Assembly: GCF_009914755.1 (NCBI RefSeq)
Contig: NC_060931.1
Origin: the human T2T-CHM13v2.0 reference genome, Homo sapiens
Length of the DNA stretch: 64,000 bases
Direction: 5' to 3' (one strand)
Positions 57,019 to 64,000 of this stretch are shown piece after piece (position 1 is the stretch's first letter; the number at the start of each line of letters is the position of its first letter). The notes beneath the pieces were generated by a model. It ran no database searches. It was not told the DNA's origin and saw nothing but the letters and a program-made list of their open reading frames with translations. A program made the position numbers and the translations under genes.

Positions 57019-60000
57019 TTTCTGGTTCATAAACAGTTCTCCTGTTAGGTTAAAATACGTGATTTTTCTGTTAAAAAAATCAGCCCTGCATTCCAGATAG
57101 TTCCCAGGCCAGGTCAAGATGAGCTCCTCAGAACACTTTGTTATGTTGGTCCAGCCCAGTCACTATGCCCTTCTATTAGTTTTGCTTCTAAAAGATAAGA
57201 ATCTAGAAATAGTTGGGCCAATTTAGAAGAAAACATTATGTATTTAATGGGCTAATATAGGTCTAATTACTCGCATAACTTAAGGACTTTTATTAAATAC
57301 ATTTACCCAAGGTAAATTTTCAAGCCCATTTAAAATATAATTTAATTTATTTAAAAGAAAATTGATCTGCACAGATTAGGGTTGCCTCTATTGCCAAAGA
57401 GGAGCACTTAAATATTTTTAGAAGTGAACATTGTGATTCCCCTGTTAGCATAGGTCTTGGTCTGAAGTGAAAAGAAAACTTTTAGCAACCTCACATGCTG
57501 CCTACAGGACTGTCTCCTTTATAAACATTCTCTGTTGGCACTGTCTTCTGGAGAGCATACACTTCCCTACATTTCGTGGCATTACATTATTTCTCAAATG
57601 ACTTCTGCCTTTGTAGAATCATCATCTTTTTTCCATGAGATATGTGCAATATAATATTGTTCTCAAATATTTTAGTCTTCATGACACTATTGTGAATTGG
57701 CTTTAAACACATATATCCCCCAATGTACGATATATTCCTTAGTCCTTATTTTATAGTAGGATGATATAGTGCGTGCCATAAAAGGGGAGGAAGACAATTC
57801 TGACTTAAAAGACTGTTTGTTAGTGCCGCCTTTGAACCTTAGTCTTACATGAGGAGGAGTAGATACATTTATATATTTATTTGGAAAAGGTCGAATAAAG
57901 GATTTGCAATTTGATTCAGAAACGTCATTAATTTTTAAAATTTATTTACTTGCTTATCCTTTTCTGAAAAGACTGTGAAACAGTTGCCTGAATATTTCGT
58001 TTGAGGGGCAGTTAAAAACAGAAGTTGTGGAAAAACAATGTCGGCAACAATTTATGAAAGGAAAGCATTGGACATATTTAATTTTTCTTACCCATTTCTC
58101 TTGAAATACCTGTGCTTTCCCATTTAGTGCCTTTAATATCACAAAGAGAGATGAAAGGGATTAATTTTGTCGATGGTGGATTGCACTGAAGCTTGAGTAG
58201 ACTTTTTTGGTAGTTTTACAAGCCTCAGTATACCACTCATACAGGGAAAAGTCACCTTGGCTTTTAAATTTAGTTGAGCATTTTCTTGAGCTATTATTTT
58301 AAAATAATAGTGCCCCCTCCTCTTTTAAAAATTACTGGCATTGCAAACCCTTTTTTATAATTTCTTCCCAATGTTTGCAAAATCCCCCTTAGGATACTTA
58401 TGGTTCTATGGAATTCCTCTTCTCCAGATATTGACAGAATCATTAAACATGCCTGAAGCTTCATTATTACTTTTCCAGCACCACTTTCTTTGCTCTTTAT
58501 CATTGCATTTAGTTATGTTTCATCTAGTTTTCAATACACATGATAGGGTTCATAGCCCAGCCAAATGGAATGAATTTGATAGCTAAGCATTTCACAGGCT
58601 GGCTCTGTAACATATTCTGCCAGACCCTACTGTGTGTGAAGCATTACTACTTTTTTTTTCTTTTTTTTTTTTTTTTTTTTTACCAGTAAAGATTATTTAT
58701 AACTTTGATTTCTTTCATGCTCATTTGTGTTCCTGAAGAAGGGATGGAATGGTGTACCCCATCAGAGTGTTTCTCTTGGCTTTCCTGTATGTAAACCTCA
58801 CTAATACTTTCAGTCACCACCTTCTGTGTCATTCCTTTTAAGCAAAAGGAGAAGAAGTGGAATTGGGTTCAAGGCCATGCTTTGCTTTTCACAAGAGAGT
58901 GCTCTCAGAAGCGCTGGTGTAGTTCCAACACCTTATTTCTACTGCTGCCTGATAGTGGCTTGAAGTGGTTATTTAGAGGGAGAGGGTGGCTTGGTAGGAA
59001 TGTACTTCATTCAGTATTTTTGTTGATGCTGTCATTGGAATGAACCTCAGTGAATGATTTTAAGAGCATAGTTCTTAGAAGTTATGATGATAAATGACTG
59101 AATGAGAACCTATTTAATATTATGTCACTACTTTGGGGAAAAATAATTTTAGCTGAGTATTTCAGGAGTAAGAGAAAGTTTATATTCCTAAGATTTAGTT
59201 ATTTTCTAGGTTTTTATCCTTTTATAAATATACAAAACTACTCAAAACAGACTTGGTTAATACTCTGAACCAGCTTGGAATACATTCTTTTGTTTGATCA
59301 TTTTTCCTCTATTTTTCAGTTTGGTAATTTAATTTTACGGTCATATGTATGTACCCTGGTCTGGAGAGTTCTCTCACATGGCATGATTAGCAATTGTGTG
59401 TGAAATGATTATGTGGCAACATTACTAGTGAATTACAGCTAGTCTAAATACTTTGTGTTTTCACTTGAGAACATTGGCTCTGGAATGTATATCTGGCACC
59501 GAGAAGGAAAAAGGAAAAAAGGCTTGACGATAAAATGCAGCCAGAGTGTAAATTGTGAAATGGAGCTCTAGGCTCAATTGATCCTCCACTGCTAGCAACT
59601 TGAGATTGTGCATTTCCTTTCTAGAATGAAAATTATGCCCTTTTAAGAATACTTAGTCAATTTTTAATCTTCAAATTGGTGGGTTTTTTTAAATAAAAAA
59701 AGCCAGAAGTTTACATGGTGTGTGTTTATGTCTGTATATTATTATACAAAGGATCTAAATTATAAGCCCTAATTCATGCCACTTCAAACTAATGGAGTAG
59801 CTGTTTCAAGGTCCCTAACTATAGTAGTTACTCCTTGGAATGAGGAAGTGAATCTTATATTAAGACTTTACACTAATAATCCTGGCCGACTTCGTATTGA
59901 AGCCCAAATCTGGAGGAGTGGTCTCATCATAAGATGTAATCAGCAACCTACCCTGCTGGATATTCACTGTTTGGATACTAACTGTACAATAACTGCAATG

Positions 60001-60130
60001 GAAGAAATACAAAGCAGAAGTAAAGCCAGGAGACATATTCCTATTTTCTAGGTTATTTATCCCATAATAGAGAGAAGCTGTTCATTTAGGATTATAAATA
60101 AAGCTTTCTTAGTACATACTGAGATTGGTC

Positions 60131-60165
<35 letters not shown>

Positions 60166-60882
60166 GAATGGGCATTTATTGTGTGTCCTCAAAGAAAGAA
60201 AGCAGGAGGGAGTTTCCTTGGTGATTTAATTATTATGATTGTGCAAGTTTCTTTGAATATGTTCAAAGTACTCCCCATATGAGAAGGAAGAAAAGTCATA
60301 CACCACATATCCCCCAGTTTCTGTCGAAATAAGACCTCAGTGTTCTGTAATAAAACGTCCCTTTCTACTCACTCCCAGCATTTGATGTAAATGATTGACA
60401 GCATGTGTAGCGCCTTCTGTTCTTTAGGGTCTAGGTCAAGGAAGACATCATAGCTAAGAAAATAAAAACTCAGAACTGAAGCAGGAACTTTTCATTCAAA
60501 CTTGAATAAATCTAAAGGAAAAGGATGTTATATCTTCAAAAAATTAAAAACCAAAACAAAATAAGAAAAAAAACACAACACCTATAGTATCCTTAGCACT
60601 ACAGATTCTGTATTTGTTTTGAATTGAACATTTTCTGAAAAACATCATGATTCATTAGTATGAAAAATTATCACATTATCATAAGAAAAGGATTGTTGAC
60701 TATAATGGAAATAGGCTTTGGATCACTTATGATACGGATAAGTGCTTAGCCTCATAGCATTAAACCAGGATTCCAAGATACAGATTGCTTGTTTATTGCA
60801 TAGGAAGATTTAAAAAATTACTTTGAGGACTTTTATCTGATATTAGAGTTGCCCAGAAGGACCACACCTTGTAACTCAAACT

Positions 60883-61181
<299 letters not shown>

Positions 61182-63464
61182 GTAACTCAAACTCTAGAAG
61201 GCAGGTGCGACTTGATAGATTGATTTTCATTATTGGCTTAGAAATAAACGGGAAACCTGGTTGATTTTCTTTTCCAAGTAATTCGGCTGTGATGTCGATG
61301 GTTTATAACTGCCTTTCTCCCCGTGACACTGACAGTAAATATTTTCCATGTAGATGAAAACCTACCAGTGTAAGTATTAATACTTATAATAGAAGAATGC
61401 ACATTTAAAAAGATTTACATGTGAAAAAATATGAATTGTTATTACTTTCACATGCAGCCTAGACATATAGTATCTTTGAATGAATGTAAGTGGGAGTTGG
61501 AGGAGAGATTTTAATTTGAAAGTGAAATACTGGTAAAATACAGTTTGTTGTTGTTATTGTTCTTAAAGAAATATAAGCTATTTAATTGTCTTTAGCATAA
61601 TGTAGAGATTATAGTGCTTTATTTACTAAACACAGCAATATTTTTTTTTTAAAAAAAAACAACCAAACCTCAGTTCCATAAAAGCCACTTAGCAGAGGGA
61701 AGGAGTAAAGAGTGGAGTTTCCCCCTTGCCCAGTGGCAAAGGGAAGCCATATAAAGAAGAAAGACAAAGACAGACCAGGGTACAAAGAGGAGTAGTGGGG
61801 AAGGGGCAAGAGGGAGTCCTGGTTCAAGAAGGAGACTTAGAGAAAAATGGAGATTGCAGGGTGGCTGGGAAGAGAGAAGCAGCCACAGGTCAAAGGCCTT
61901 AGGTGGCCCCCTTGGCCTTTCCGCCTCCGAGCAAGCAGCTGTTTTTGCTGTTTTAATGAATTTCAACTGTTTCTACATTCCAAACTCTCATCATCATCAT
62001 CAGTTTTACTTACAAATAGAGAAATGAAAATAGCTTTAATGCTTTTGTGGCAATATCCTAAAAGTTTACAGACCACGTGCTATATTAAAGTAGACCCCTT
62101 TTGGACTTAAAATATCAGCCTGCTTTTTCTTGTTTGAAAGAGTAAAAATCTTTAGGACATAGGAATTGTAGGAATTTAAAACTATCAGTGACCTATTTTG
62201 GCAATGCTTACAATTTTTTAAATTAGGTTAACTCCTAGGCAGAGAACAACATTGGTAAATAGTAACTGAGATTGGGGCCTTGAAGAATTTTGAAACCTGA
62301 GGTTATATGTTTGCATCTGTAATAGAACAGTTGTATGTAATGTTTTTCTACATATTACATGGTGGGCCTGGGGGTGTCTTCAGAGAGGAAGAAGATCATT
62401 ATTAATATTAATATGTTATATTAGTAAGTAGATGCTATATTTTCAGATTCTCTATTACTTTGAATTGGTTTGTAATCCAAAACCATAACTTAGCTTTCAC
62501 TGGCTTTTTCGCCCTAAAGACCAATTGCCATGATAAAATGCTCTCAACATATCTACCTATAACAGTTGAGAATACTCACTGTACTAAGATGCCCCTTTAC
62601 TTGTAAAACTGTGTATCAAGAGTAATTTGTTAAAGTGTACAGGACCTCTCTTTACTATTTTTGCACTATTTTGTGTTTGCACACAAATGCAGCAGTACAT
62701 TTATCTCTCAGAAATTTCAGTTCTCTCTGGCAAGTTGATAGGGTAAATACCCTCTCTAATCTTTTTTTCTCTGGGTCTTCAGCTCTGCAAATATCCCCTC
62801 ATTCCTTGTAAACTGTCCAAAGCTCAGCAAATACCTTTCCCTATATAGCTGAGTATTCTTTCCCATGTTGCTCCATTTTCCTCCCTTTTGACAGATAAGA
62901 AAAGGTAAGCCTGACTTTATGAACCTTTTTCTGAGTTGTCACTCTCTAAACAACTTTCCTATTTCTGAACTGCCCAGCAGAATTTGGAGTGAGCAAATTA
63001 GAGATATTGAGAATGGTGTACTCTCTGTCCACAGCTACCTTTTATGAGTACGAGAACAGGAAAAGGGCAAGAGAGTGCCCAGGGCAGCAGAGAATTCAGG
63101 GCTAGAGAAATTCTGTTTCTGTTGGCCAAGGTGAATAGGACACAAGAAAGTCTAACTACAATTAAGAAACCTAGTCGGGAAAGGTAGGGATAGTCATGGA
63201 AGAAGTGAGTTTCCTCTAGAAATTTTTCCCCCTTTGGGACTCATAAAATAGGGTTTCTAATAGATGGAGTTTTGCCTGAATAAGAAATCGAGCAGTGCAC
63301 TGGGTGGTCTCTGTCATTACAGCACCGGTTCTATGCATGTGTGAATAAGGGCTTATCCAAATCAATCCTGCATGAAAGAATATACCTTAGTAGGAATTTA
63401 AAGGAGGACCTTAAATTCATTAGTATTCCGAGAACTGTGAGTGAAACTGTTTAGCCCTGAAAGC

Positions 63465-63670
63465 AGCAATACAGCTGAGGTTCAGGTTTTAGAGTCAAAC
63501 TAATCTAAGTTCCATTCTTGTTTTAGTCACTGAACTTCCCTAAGCCTCAGTTCCTTCATCTGTAAAATGGGAATGATATTATTAAGTTTTATGGGATTAT
63601 TAGGAGAAGATGAGCCGTTATACCTAAATTAATTAGAATTGTACTTGAAACACAAGTGTTGTTAAATGAT
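63465..63670. mobile_element. MIR
   Basis: gtcactgaacttccctaagcctcagttccttcatctgtaaaatgggaatgata core. Confidence 0.85.
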
Positions 63671-63893
63671 ATTGGTACAGGTGGTGGTTGTAGAAACCGA
63701 AAAATGGATGGTTAAATGGATTAACACTTTTAGAGGATCTGAGGGGCCTTAGCATTTGGGAGTGTTGGTTATGGATAGAGCAAACTGAAGGGTATGGTTG
63801 TATTATCTGCTCCTTCCCTCTTATCTCAGTACTGGGCGCAGCAGTTCTCTTTCTTTCTTTTCCCTATTGCTCAGGCGTCATTCATAATAAAAT

Positions 63894-64000
63894 ATAGTCA
63901 CACATCACTTAACCATGGGGATGTGTTCTGAGAAATGCGCCATTAGGTGATTTCATCATCATGCAAACACTAGATGTTATAACCTACTACACGCCTAGGC
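63894..64000. mobile_element. Start of a second Tigger3-family element (runs off the window)
   Basis: cttaaccatggggatgtgttctgagaaatgcgccattaggtgatttcatcat...cctactacacgcctaggc, homologous to 12560-12690. Confidence 0.85.

Noticed and set aside
56821-57117. 98-aa antisense ORF across the quasi-palindrome
   Set aside because: Non-ATG start; the repetitive peptide simply mirrors the DNA modules; no recognisable homology.
58650-60164. Isolated poly-T tracts at about 58651-58681 and 60133-60164 as tails of processed pseudogenes
   Set aside because: No flanking TSD or recognisable retrocopied sequence seen; treated as simple mononucleotide runs.

Overview
Human (primate) genomic DNA, AT-rich and almost entirely intronic. 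The only protein-coding sequence I can support is one 97-nt internal exon on the + strand (39234-39330). It translates to [32 protein letters not shown], which I recognise as EXOC4/Sec8 (exocyst subunit; from memory exon 10, flanked by very long introns). The rest is intron containing about 24 Alu copies or fragments (about 18 antisense, 6 sense), L2/MIR/old L1 fragments and an ERVL-class LTR. It also holds an MLT2A LTR with a deleted HERV-L internal region and many DNA-transposon fossils: near-full-length Tigger2, Tigger3-family, Charlie1-type, Kanga/Tc2-type, MADE1, MER58A and MER63. Nearly all ORFs in the supplied track are Alu or repeat artefacts. I see no demonstrable new multi-gene system. 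The most unusual unexplained structure is a 168-bp quasi-palindrome at 56851-57018 whose centre is a patchwork of two 9-mers (GATAATCCA and GTCAAACAG) in both orientations. Other items worth checking are a candidate 10-nt poison micro-exon (62895-62904), a template-switch hairpin inside an Alu, inverted Alus around the exon and several nested insertions. Repeat subfamily names come from recalled consensus sequences, and old-repeat boundaries are approximate.
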